Assembly: GCA_030141605.1 (NCBI GenBank)
Contig: JAQGDQ010000089.1
Coordinates: 372,001 to 436,000 of the forward strand
Source: Tubiluchus corallicola
Lineage: Eukaryota; Animalia; Priapulida
Length of the DNA: 64,000 nucleotides
Direction of reading: 5' to 3'
Both the position numbers and the translations under genes were made by a program. The notes under the pieces are model-generated. The model saw only the letters and a program-made list of their open reading frames with translations, had not been told where the DNA came from and searched no databases. Of the stretch, positions 26,501 through 37,460 are shown in pieces (positions within the stretch are counted from its first letter, which is position 1; each line of letters opens with the position of its first letter).

Positions 26501-29500
26501 TTGGCTGACATGGAGTAGTTCAAATTTCCTGTCAGAACACACACAGAGAGAAAGTCTTGTCCTGATCCCACAGCTGTTAAATCGAACAAATTGCTGAAAT
26601 TTTTTTCAAGATATTACATAATGTCTTAAAGCAGCTGAACAGATCCCGGGCAATCAAGATTTCAGTTGATACTAACATATGGCATAGATCTCATTTCCCA
26701 GCCAAAACATTCGCATGTTGATTCAACTTAGCTGGTTGAAAACGATCCCTGGGCTGGTTGGTTTCATCGTACATGGCAAAGAGTTAGCTTAGCAATAATA
26801 TTTGTCTTCTTTAATGGAGACACAATAATCATTCCTGTTGGGTTTTCATTGCGGAATCCTGTTTCCAGTTAGCGACTTTCAACTCACAGGGCTGCTGACG
26901 TCATTTAATGCTGAGGTCTTAAAATACCAAGAACAGTAACCACTAATTTGAAAGCTCTTTGCTTTTAGCTTACCCAATTTACTAAAAATTTTCCTCATCA
27001 GGTGGCGTTGCTTGTGTCGCCTGGGCTCACTTCACTTTGCCTTGCCTTACCTTACGTGATGTTACGTTACCTTACCTTACTTCGCCTTACCTTGTCTTAC
27101 CTTACCTTACCTCACCTTACCTTACGTTACGTTCTCACCTTACCTTACCTTACCTTACCTTACCTTATCTTACGTTATGTCACCTTACCTTACCTTTTTT
27201 AGTTTGCCTTAGCTTACCTTACCTTACCCTCCTTACCTTACCTTACCTTACCTTACCTTACCTTACCTTACCTTACCTTACCTTACCTTACCTTACCTCA
27301 CCTCACCTTACCTCACCTTACCTTACCTTATCTCACCTTACCTTACCTTACCTTACCTTATCTCACCTTACCTTACCTTACCTTACATTACGTTATCTCA
27401 CCTTACCTTACCTTACCTTACCTTACGTTATTTCTCCTTACCTTACCTTACCTTATCTCACCTTACCTTACCTTACCTTATCTTACGTTATGTCACCTTA
27501 CCTTATCTTTTTTAGTTTGCCTTAGCTTGCGTTACGTTATGTTACCTTATCTTACCTTATCTTACCTTACCTGACTTTATCTAACTACTGCTGATGCGTT
27601 GAAAAAGCTGTACGAGCCTCCCAAAGCACCAAAACCAGATTTCCTCTTAGGGAAATAGTTGCATAGCACCAACTTCGAGCAGAAAGTTCGTTCCTTTCCT
27701 ACCTTGAACTGTCAGTAGCCCAGCCACCTACTAGTGGATAAGTTTCAACTTTAGCATTAGTCTAGAATGGAATGCTTTGACAAACAAAGGTTTGTTTGTT
27801 TACTGCACCTAAGAATAGCTTCTTGTTTAAGTAGATCCGTGGCTTCTAGAAAAACAAGTGATCCATAGTCATTTTAAGCCAAGAATATGTTTGAAATAGT
27901 GGTGTTTCTCTTTTTAATAAAAAATTACTTTCGTTTTAATTACATTTGGTGGTTCTTTTTAACGTAGTGGAAGTAAATACTCATGTTAGAATAACCATGG
28001 TAATTGGCACACTGCTGAAATGTATTTTTAATTGAAAGTGTAGTCAAAATCATAGATTATACAAATTACGGCGTTTCTAAGTATTGTTTCATCGTTTAAA
28101 CGAACTTAAAAGTTCAATATTTCATTGGAATAAAATTTGGAGATTTTCACTCAGTTAAATGTTTGAAAAGCGCTTTTAAAGTTTGAAATCCCAAGACGAA
28201 AGGTTTATTTAGCTTTAGCAATAATCCAAATCTTATGTCTGAGTATATTCTTTAGCCTTCTTGAGAATAATACCGGAGCCGGTGCTCCGCAGACAAAGAA
28301 GCACCGTAAGAACGAATTGCAATATAAAACGGGACACGAAATTTCGCTAACTTGTAAATCACTTAATGAAAACACTGAAATGCTTGCATCTTTATTATTT
28401 TGTTTATCTTTACTAAAATCATTGGCAGTTAGATTTTAAAAATTATTTTAGGTGCACAAAGCCATCATATAATGGTGTCATCTCTCATCTGATAAAATTC
28501 TTTGTGGATATCCTTTGCGACTCTCAGTTTCAATCTAATCGGAAGATAAATTATTAGACTTAGAGCCACTTACTAAAGACAGTCGATTAGATTTAGATGT
28601 CACTTATGCCATTCAGAAAAAGTTTTATCTGACGAGGGACGATATAATTAGGATGTTATCATATGTTGATACTGTGCACATAAAACAAATTCTTTTTAAA
28701 TCCAGTGATACGAATCTGAAGAGATAAAGTATTATTCAGCAAAGAAAATAATGGTTGTTCGCAGTATTGAACTATTTGTACGTGAGATGGACTGCTTGCT
28801 GCTGTGATGAAAGATTATTTTACAAGTTCAGGCGACGTCGCCACGGTGTCAGCGTTATCACCCGCTCATATAAAGATTTAGTTAAAAAAACAAGGACTTA
28901 TCATATACGCATAGTCTCACGACACCAAGACTTCCTGAGGCATTTCAGACACACCCTGATAATCTCTTCAGTTGCTAAGGTAAACAATGTATGAAAATTG
29001 GCGCCTTGGGCCTCAGCAAAAACTTGGCGTGAAAACCGTCTGTCACGCCAGGAAGCCAATAATTTGTTTGCTTAAACAACGATGAGGTTTATAGAGCGTG
29101 GATGAGCAGAGATACGTGCGGAGTTACCAGGTGCCTATTTTTCTGAAAGGAGCTCTTTTTACGTGAAATAAGAATGTTGTCCAAGGTTGGGTGGCGGAGT
29201 GGTTTAGACTTCGGACTGCTACCACTCGGTGTTGAGTTCGAATCTAGTGGCTGCCAATGCTTGGGCACCGTCTTACCTGTGTTGTTGTAAGGGTAATTCA
29301 CTAAATAGTCGTTAGCCTTAATGTTGTCAGTTTAATTGTTCTCTATGTCTTGTGTTGTGTTTGGACTTCAGCCAAGTTACTTTCGTTTGCGTCATCGCGT
29401 TAATGATTGCTCTTATTGCCAACATCATCACTTTTCACAACCGACGTTGCAATTATCAACACCAACCACTATCATCAGTACCACTTCCACTGTCATGGTG

Positions 29501-31571
29501 TCAATGCCTTTAAGAATGGTACCATTAATACTATCAACACTATCTGTCGTAGTGAATTACTGGCTCGTCACGGTGCATGCTTGAGAAAGACAGCTAAGGG
29601 GAGCAGAGCCTGTAAATGAATGTGTAACCGCCGGGAAAAGCGCTTCTGGACGGTTCATTGACAAAATTCGTTGTGGCTATTTCTTCCCGCACGCAAATAT
29701 GGCTAAAACACCTTTATTCAGTTCTGTGTCATATCCTAGAGGATTCTCCTTGTTAATGAACTAGATTCTGGTCCTGCTACAAAACCCAGCATTAGTCGTC
29801 GTAGTAGCCTTGATCTATATGAAAAACCTCTCCCACAAGTACCGCTATCGTCATCATCATCAAATCACCACCCCCGCCGCCGACACCACCACCACCACCA
29901 CCACCACCATCATCATCATCATTATTATTATATTCGATATTGTTGAAGTAAATTCTTGACTCACTTACCTCCTCTGTCTTGAAATGGCTGACCACCTTGT
30001 CATAGAGTGACTTCAGTTTTCCCGCATCGGCACGGTTTCCAGCAACTTCAAAAATGCCATTGAATAGACCCTTGTGTTGCTCGTCCAGGTTTTCATACTG
30101 AAATGCATAACTCGGTGTAAATATGAATCAAGCTTTATCCTTCGATCTTTTCATGTGTAATTCTCTAATAGAAATTTTTTTTACTGAAAGCTATAACAAG
30201 TAGATTTAAGAAGAACCTCAACAAAAAAGACCATTATCCTTAGCAATTTGTACGAATTTTGCTTCTTTGGACATAATTTACTTTTCTAATGCCATCTCTC
30301 ATCCTGAGTTGTCCATTGGCCGTTTGGGGCACTATTTTATAAAAAAAAAAATCGGTGTTTTAAATACTATGTTAGCTGTAAGCATTAATGATTTGTGTGA
30401 GTATTAATTAGTACAAAATTTACTAATCGGTGTCAGCTTTATGTAGGGGTCGTTTAGAAACATCAACCTGAACCTGCAATTAATTAATCTTAAAACCAAA
30501 CTTGATCAAAAGGAAAAATACAAAACGGATGTGATTGAGTCGGATTTGAACCAGGAACCTTTGAATTATTGTCCTATGACACGAAACTAAATCACATAGC
30601 TCCTTGTGATCTCATAAGATCTTATTTCAATCACCTATTTTCAACTGTTAGTTTATTCATGCTAGAGTAACTACTAACTAACTAACTAACGAACTGACTA
30701 GATTATTTTGTAATTAATACCGAATTGACGCGTGTAATTAATTAGTTAATTAAATAATTAATTATAATATTAATTTTCTGATTATCGGTGAATGATGGTA
30801 CGAAGAAACTAAACAATTATTAAATGTTCGAAATAAAATTTTCTGATAGCCAATGGTGTCTGACAGCAGAAAGCGGATTGATATAATTACTCAAGGCTTC
30901 TGATAGTTACCATTGATTGAGAAAAATCAAACGTCACACATGCTAACCTCACACCCACGAAGTCGCGTGGTTTCATGAGCTGCAAGATTTGTGAACCCGC
31001 CGTTCATAACTCGATTTAGCACTATATATTAGCGCTATAACGCACTATGCATATTTTTATTTACAAATTCTAAAAAATTACTGAAGCTACTACGTGCAAC
31101 TTTGCATACACTGCAACGAATATTTGTAAGTTGTTTTTGGCAAAAATTAGTTGAATAAATTTTTGTAATGTTAACTTGCAGGGATCGAGATAATTTTCTG
31201 AGCGGTAGGAGTGGTAATGATGATTAGAATAAGTTAATTAAAAGAAAGTTAATTTAAAAAACTGGTTCCCAACTTGCTTAAAAATAAATTAAATTTGTCA
31301 GCAAATGCATTCGACTAATAATCAAATTTAAAGCTCGTACATGCAATGAGCTGGTAACACAGTTCTATTGAAGTCATTTAAACTTACATAAAAACTGTCT
31401 TACTAACCTTAACTGTGAATATACATTCAATTGAAGTATAATAAAAAGTTAATTAAGTCTGTAAAATTTAAAAAAACTTTGTTTTCTTTTATAAAAGTGA
31501 TTTTATCGAGTACTTACGAAAACCTTGAAGCTCTCATCCCAGCAAAATGGTTCTGGAATTGGGAAGCTCAT
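23507..31571 (-). CDS. Myohemerythrin (hemerythrin family non-heme di-iron O2/metal-binding protein), complete, 120 aa, 4 exons
   Basis: Exons (minus): 31518-31571, 29969-30097, 24815-24942, 23507-23558, all GT-AG, phases 0,0,2. Protein [120 protein letters not shown]. All seven iron ligands present (H26,H56,E60,H75,H79,H108,D113) and the family C-terminus [17 protein letters not shown]. Confidence 0.97.
23594..23645 (+). repeat. (AAT)n microsatellite
   Basis: Direct reading. Confidence 0.9.
23760..23945 (+). mobile_element. Interspersed repeat fragment, possibly Helentron/HINE-like
   Basis: Layout ccttagtctttgac..tgccaagtttggtgattgtag..atccgttttg..acacaaacagatacac resembles an abundant invertebrate repeat type; family call is from memory only. 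Confidence 0.35.
26066..26530 (+). repeat. 28-bp minisatellite, ~16 degenerate copies, in myohemerythrin intron 2
   Basis: Consensus ctaacacggagtagtacaaattttctgg; period 28 (for example 26092 and 26120). Confidence 0.92.
27040..27580 (+). repeat. (CCTTA)n pentanucleotide satellite
   Basis: Direct reading; variants cctca, cgtta, tctta. Source of the spurious LTLPY ORFs. Confidence 0.95.
29185..29256 (+). mobile_element. tRNA-derived SINE head or tRNA pseudogene (Ser-GCT-like)
   Basis: A box GTGGCGGAGTGG (29191-29202), GGACTGCTA anticodon-loop-like segment, B box GAGTTCGAATC (29234-29244). Stems do not pair, so it is not a functional tRNA. Confidence 0.6.
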
Positions 31572-31640
31572 GATGAGGATGCTGTCGTCTGCTCTGTGTT
31601 GCCTAGGTAGAAAAAGTGGGTACTCAGACTGAAGTCAGGA

Positions 31641-31678
31641 GACTGTGTCCCAACCCGGCAGTGCAGGTCCTTTTATAG
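31641..31678 (-). promoter_or_regulatory. TATA box and initiator-like element of the myohemerythrin gene
   Basis: CTATAAAA on the minus strand (31671-31678) about 30 nt upstream of an Inr-like CAGTC (31641-31645) and about 100 nt upstream of the ATG. Confidence 0.65.
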
Positions 31679-31802
31679 ATGCCAAAAAACGCCTCATCGG
31701 TGGATTCCATTGCAACAAAGGGGAGAAAGGGTTAAGTAGCAAAACTAAGGTAACTTACGTTTGACTTTCTCGTATTTTCGTCAGTAGATGGCAGCATCGC
31801 AT

Positions 31803-31955
31803 CACGTGTGCATGCGTGGGCGTATGAGGAAGAAGATACGAAGGGCACGAAGGTGTTGAGGTAACATCTACTCCATGTCCTACCTACCCCCGTGCGCAGT
31901 TACACTGGCCTCTAGGACCCACTGAGACTGGGCTACGTGTTGCAGCGCTGCACGC
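31803..31955 (-). promoter_or_regulatory. Cluster of MRE cores (TGCRCNC x3) and HRE/E-box cores (RCGTG) upstream of myohemerythrin
   Basis: TGCACAC (minus, 31806-31812), TGCGCAC (minus, 31892-31898), TGCACGC (plus, 31949-31955); CACGTG 31803-31808, GCGTG 31814-31818, TACGTG 31934-31939. Motif matches are seen directly; function is inferred. Confidence 0.45.
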
Positions 31956-32696
31956 TGCCTTGTCGGTTGTTTAGAGTCAGAAAATTTCAAGTCATTAGTG
32001 GTGAAAGCTTTAATTGTATGTTATGATACGTTTTGCAGCCAAGCTTAGTCTAAACAGATGAAAAATTTTGAGCTGGAGTGTAAGGTGCGGCAGCTGGAAA
32101 CATTACTTACAATATAAATGCAACAGTTGCACGTCGCTTAGCGATTTCGTATAGTTAAGCACAGTTGGCCTGAAACAGTAGTTGAATGGATGAGTTTGGG
32201 GGAATATTTTGCCTAAAGGTTTTTGGCAAAATATATACAGACTTCCATACAGTCTGTATATATATATATAAACAATACTTGTCGGTGGGCTCAGCTGGTA
32301 CACTAATCAAGCAGCTACACACACACACACAAAAACAGATGTGACAATTCTAAGAAAAAAAGCAGAAATATAGAGTCTTGTAAAGACAAAGACATCAAAT
32401 TTGCTAGTGCGAGTTACGGTAACACAAAATGGGCAAACTCTTTTAATTCAGATAAGACTCGAAACGTCCATGACATTGTTTTCAAGTCCGCTTAGCGACT
32501 AAATTACTGTTCTACCTCTAACAATTATCTATAGGTCCAATCGCGTTGCACAAGTTCGAAATGAACATCATTCCATTAAATTTACAAAAAAGTGCTAGGC
32601 GGATTATTCTTTAGGTCCACAATAGTATAAAAGCAGCAATTCTATGGAAAGTAACATGTTGTGAAACTTTGACTTATATTAATTGTATACAAGAGT

Positions 32697-32825
32697 TTCA
32701 GATTAAGTCAACAAATTTACGATTATTTACAAAGTTTATGTTCAGATTCAGTCAACAAATTTACGATTATTTACAAAGTTTATGTTCAGATTCAGTCAAC
32801 AAATTTATGATTATTTATTAAGTTT
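32697..32825 (+). repeat. 44-bp tandem repeat, 3 copies
   Basis: ttcagattcagtcaacaaatttacgattatttacaaagtttatg starts at 32697, 32741, 32785. Confidence 0.9.
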
Positions 32826-35337
32826 CGGTTTAAGTTTATTTATGTTTGCACAGCGTAAAATCCACATAAATATGTGTTTGATGAACACTGTACAGAAAAA
32901 ATACATAAAGCTAATATTAAAATGGCTATTCGAAACAGCTAAATAACACAAAATTTCAAGAATTTTTTTTTAGTAAAATTAAAATGAAAATATGTATTCC
33001 TAAACCTATTTGGAAAAAAGCCTAATCAACAGCAGCTAAAATATAGCGTTAGTATTGTAAAGCTGTTACAGTGACATTAAATGTGTCAGCTAAACAGCTA
33101 CATATGTTTAAATGTAATGATTGAAAAGTGCAAAGTGAAATCAAGGAAAGCAAACAAATAAAGACAAACGAATATCATCTATAGTTGAATATATATTTAA
33201 ACGGGCGCCATGATGTATCTTTTTAGTACATGTGCGTAGTTTTTTTTCAAGCCTGGAATCTAGTACTCAACAGCAGACCTGGCTAATTTAGTTTCTTGTA
33301 GCTGCACCGGAACCTTTATCGTTTTCAAGGATAATCACCCAAGATGAGCAATTCCTAACTAACTTAGCTATGCGTTGTATATCCTCATCCAACAAGGGAA
33401 ATAACCTTGGCGGTATGGCAGATGAAGTCGCCCTTCCATTTATTAACCAGTTAAGGCTGCCTAGCGTCGAGGATCTGTTTAGTTTTTAGTAGATCATGTA
33501 GATGGATTTTGGTGACGTCAAGATTTTTCAGTCTTATTTTATTATTTCTAAATGGGCTGTGCGGTTTCAAGTTCTCAAAAAAAATTCTAAATTTTAACTT
33601 TTCTAAAGCAGTCTCTTTGACCAAATATTCTTATTACCTTTCTACACGCGTTTCACTCAGGGATTCGTCGTGAACTATAAAATCATCAAAACACAACATT
33701 ATTCGCTAAAAACAGAGTTACAAGAAAAACACCTAGGCTGTGCACTAATAACTCATTTGAAACGTTCAAAAACCTTTCGCACATCATCAGCATTTTCACA
33801 CATTTATCTACATTCTTACAAGAAGATGAATATATTTGGGTATAGTTAATTTAGTAAAACTTCGTACTAGCAACCGGTAACTTTAAGACTAAAATGGCGT
33901 TTATCTAACATCCGGAATGTGTTATGCGTTATTTTTTGCAGTTATTTCCCATTGATTTTTTTATATGCAGCTATTCCGCAGGGGATAACGCATAAGTGGC
34001 ATAACCCTTTCCGATGCCAGGTAAATGCCATTTCAGTGTATGTATGTAGATCTTATGAAGGTACTAGATCGAATCCAGTTTGGCTGTTTTCAGTTTTTAT
34101 CTCTCAGTTTTATGAACTGTTGATGTTTTGCGCTTCGTGTCAGGTGATTTATAGTTTTTATACCAACATCCTTCAGCTCACTTATTTCAGCGAACTGCAT
34201 CTTTTTTGTGTTTTATTACGTTAAACTTGAGCATAAAAACTAATGCAAATCACTCTGAGGCAAAGTCACCAAAAAGATGATTGTCATGGAGAACAAAAAA
34301 CAGTGATTTTTATCCTGATTACAGCTTATTCGATTTCACTTAATATTGCAATTCATACTTGTGAGGAGCTTCATTAAAACAATAATAATCATGGTGGGAT
34401 TAGTTCTGGAATTTCATATAACACCGGAGCACCTTTTTTCGGCAAAAACTTTTCATAATGAGTGCTGACTTTTATTTAGAGAGAAATTTTAGAAAACCAC
34501 AAGGTTTTTACTTTTTTTAACCGTTGGTATACTGCAAACTGGAATTTAACACTCAGTGACAAAGCGTACTTAAAGTAAATGGTTGTGGCAAGAGGAGTCT
34601 GTCTCATTATCAAAGATAACCATCTAAAATGAGCGTTAAATTTTGTCATTACTCATCCATTCATCGATAAGCTCAGCGTTGCTTAACTTCACACATCGCC
34701 ACACAACTGAATTGAAGTGCTGCCAGAAAATTTGTTGAACAGTGTGACATTAATATTAATGTCATACTTCCCAGCGGCAAGTGGGCGTATTCACCTCCTA
34801 TTATCGAGCTTTTATGGCCATGCTAAGTTTTAATGCATGTACGTGTATGTATATAACACTTAGGTTCATGATTTTAACCTAAAATAAACTGACAGACTAA
34901 ACTAAAGCCGTAGCGATGTAGCTCAGGCGTGACAAACGCAATATGGAAGCCGTAAGATTAGTAATTTAAATTTTCTCAGTTTTTTCTCAAACTGAACGTG
35001 ATCTTGGTCATGCAGTTTGCATTTGCATCCGTCAATAAGCTGATTTCGTAACCCAGTGATCTCAGCTGTGATGCATTTGCTTTAAAAAGTTTCCAATCCG
35101 TCTGTGAGTTGATTCACAGCTTGAGATGCAAAGGTTCATTTGAAGGACGGTCAATCCTCTTTACTAACGCGAAACTTAAGAGTAAACCTCGAGTTTTTAT
35201 ATTGCTTTTTGTGTCATTTTAGCTTCCTGATTGAGGTTTATCTGTTTTATCGGTCAGGCAGGCACACAGTCGATTAGTCAGTCAGCTTGTCGACTAGCTA
35301 GTCTGCCATGTGGTCGGTAGCCTGGCAGTGGCCAATC

Positions 35338-35460
35338 AGTCAGTCGGTCGGTCGGTCGGTCAATCAACCAACCAACCAACCAACCAACCTACCTACCTAC
35401 CAACCAATCAACCAACCAATCAACTAATCAACCGACCGACCAACCAATCAACCGACCAGC
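35338..35460 (+). repeat. Compound tetranucleotide repeat (GTCG/CCAA/CCTA)
   Basis: Direct reading. Confidence 0.85.
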
Positions 35461-36350
35461 CGTTCAGTCAATTGCTCAAACAATCAATTTGTCATTCGAT
35501 TAGAATCCTTTTATGGGAGTGTCTTAAGAAATTTCCTAGTTTTATACTTCAAATGCTAATTAAACTAAACTGTTTCGCAAAAGACACGAAGAACATAATA
35601 AAAAGATGTGGCTCATTATTGTCTACATGACAGTTGATGATTGTTAACGGAAGCTGCATGATCGCTTAACGACCTTAATGTTACGCTATTTGTCAGATTA
35701 AACGCTAAGATGTTCGGAGAGATTGGAAAGAATAAACACACAACTTAGTTTTCTTGAACTCTGTAAGACACCTCTTTGAATTGCACAGAGCGATATCACA
35801 CTTAGGTCTTAGCACATACCAGGGTGTTTCTTCTTTAGAATTATATAATTTAGTAAAAACTAAAGTACATGTCATATCAGAAATGCCATAACCACAAAAT
35901 AAAGGTTGAAAACGATGGGTTAAAAATGATAACTATGTAGTTTTACGAATAATGATAATAATAATTACGAATGACAATGAAGTTTTGTGTCATAGGTGGT
36001 GAAGAAGTTCGGCCTTAAAGACAGATACGCCTTTTCTAGAAAATATCTGGTAATCCGACGCAGTTTCATAAACAAACCTTACAGAAGCAGACAAATTGTT
36101 AATGTCGGAACTGTCAGTTAGCGAATTTTAGCGCTTTGTGCGTCGGAAAAGTCGGAAGCTCCAACGCTTCGGGTAAAACAGGTGTCGGCGGAGGAAAGAG
36201 TTGCGATTTGTCAGTGAAGATGCGCAGAGCTTCCACCCAAGCACGTCTTCCCAAAATTATTTTTTAATCATGACAAAGTTTCTTAAGCTCGTAACCCAGT
36301 ATGCATTTGTAATGACGTAAGCCACAGCAAGATTGCAGACATGTTAACGA

Positions 36351-36353
<3 letters not shown>

Positions 36354-36438
<85 letters not shown>
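36354..36438 (+). repeat. (CT)n microsatellite
   Basis: Direct reading; a further (CT)n run at 36519-36557. Confidence 0.95.
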
Positions 36439-36439
<1 letters not shown>

Positions 36440-36519
36440 GAGTTTATTACTGTTCTTTGTAAGTTATTATAAATAAAGAATTAAATCAAATGTGTGTGCG
36501 TGCGTGCGCGTATTCTCTA

Positions 36520-36557
<38 letters not shown>

Positions 36558-36561
<4 letters not shown>

Positions 36562-36829
36562 TAATAATAATAATAATAATGATATTTATTTAAAGCTGGT
36601 TTTTTGGATCAACAAATAACATAACCTCCGAAAACCTTTTGGGCCGACTATAAACAACAACCTACAGCTACATAACAGACACGATTTTACCCTAAATACC
36701 ACGCGTCAGGCAGGGTAACAGCAGGTAACATTTTTTAAAAAGTCTTTGGTATGAACCGACCGCTGTATCGAACTCACGACCTTCCTGATGGAAAGCGAAC
36801 GCTTTACCACTAGACCAAGCCGTCTGGTC
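36558..36829 (-). mobile_element. Apparently full-length tRNA-derived SINE with (ATT)n tail
   Basis: Minus strand: A box TGGTCTAGTGGTAAAG, B box GAGTTCGATAC, central ttcataccaaagactttttaaaaaatgttacctgctg..ccctgcctgacgc, 3' (ATT)n tail. Confidence 0.8.
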
Positions 36830-36876
36830 GAAGTGGTACTACATGAAGATACCACAGATAGCAGATACCACATGAA

Positions 36877-36978
<102 letters not shown>

Positions 36979-37322
36979 CTCTTTCTCTCTATATTTTTCT
37001 CTATCAGTCTCTCTCTTCCCCCGTCTCTCGAGATCTGGCTAAAGGTTCATCAAATGTGCTACAACCGTCAGGTGCATCAAACTCCAAGAATTTTAAGACG
37101 AGAAGCGTAATAACAGATGTTTTAAGCAGCGGAAACGGTGAAGTGTTTTCTGTTTGATTCTGCATGGGGTTTCTGTAATAAATCAGTAAGGGAGGATCAA
37201 TTTGGTGCAATTATTAGGTGATCAAGATGCAAGCAGATGCCACATGAAACCAGTTGCTGACGGAAGCAAGTTGGTAAAGAGTTACCGCAACTTGCCACGT
37301 TTGGGAAGTGCAGGCGGACTAA

Positions 37323-37460
37323 TACATTTTTCACAGGGCAAAACGGTTTCAAAACAGCCACATGGTCACTGGACAAAACGTTTTGCAATCGTTTTGCAAT
37401 CGTTTTACACAAGGCATATGTAAAACAGTTTGAAACCGTTTTCAAAATTGTTTGTGTGAT
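37323..37460. mobile_element. Partial copy of the Harbinger-like MITE at 41806-42073, followed by a TTCGAA-rich element (37461-37752)
   Basis: tacatttttcacagggcaaaacggtttcaaaaca matches the reverse complement of the 42073 end (tacccttttcacatgacaaaacggtttcaaaact). Confidence 0.6.

Noticed and set aside
26066-26530. 28-bp array as CRISPR
   Set aside because: Head-to-tail degenerate minisatellite without spacers.
27040-27580. (CCTTA)n as an interstitial telomere
   Set aside because: Its complement is (TAAGG)n, not TTAGG or TTAGGG; the LTLPY ORFs are repeat translations.
29185-29256. Functional tRNA-Ser(GCT)
   Set aside because: Acceptor, anticodon and T stems do not pair and the long variable arm is missing; treated as SINE head or pseudogene.
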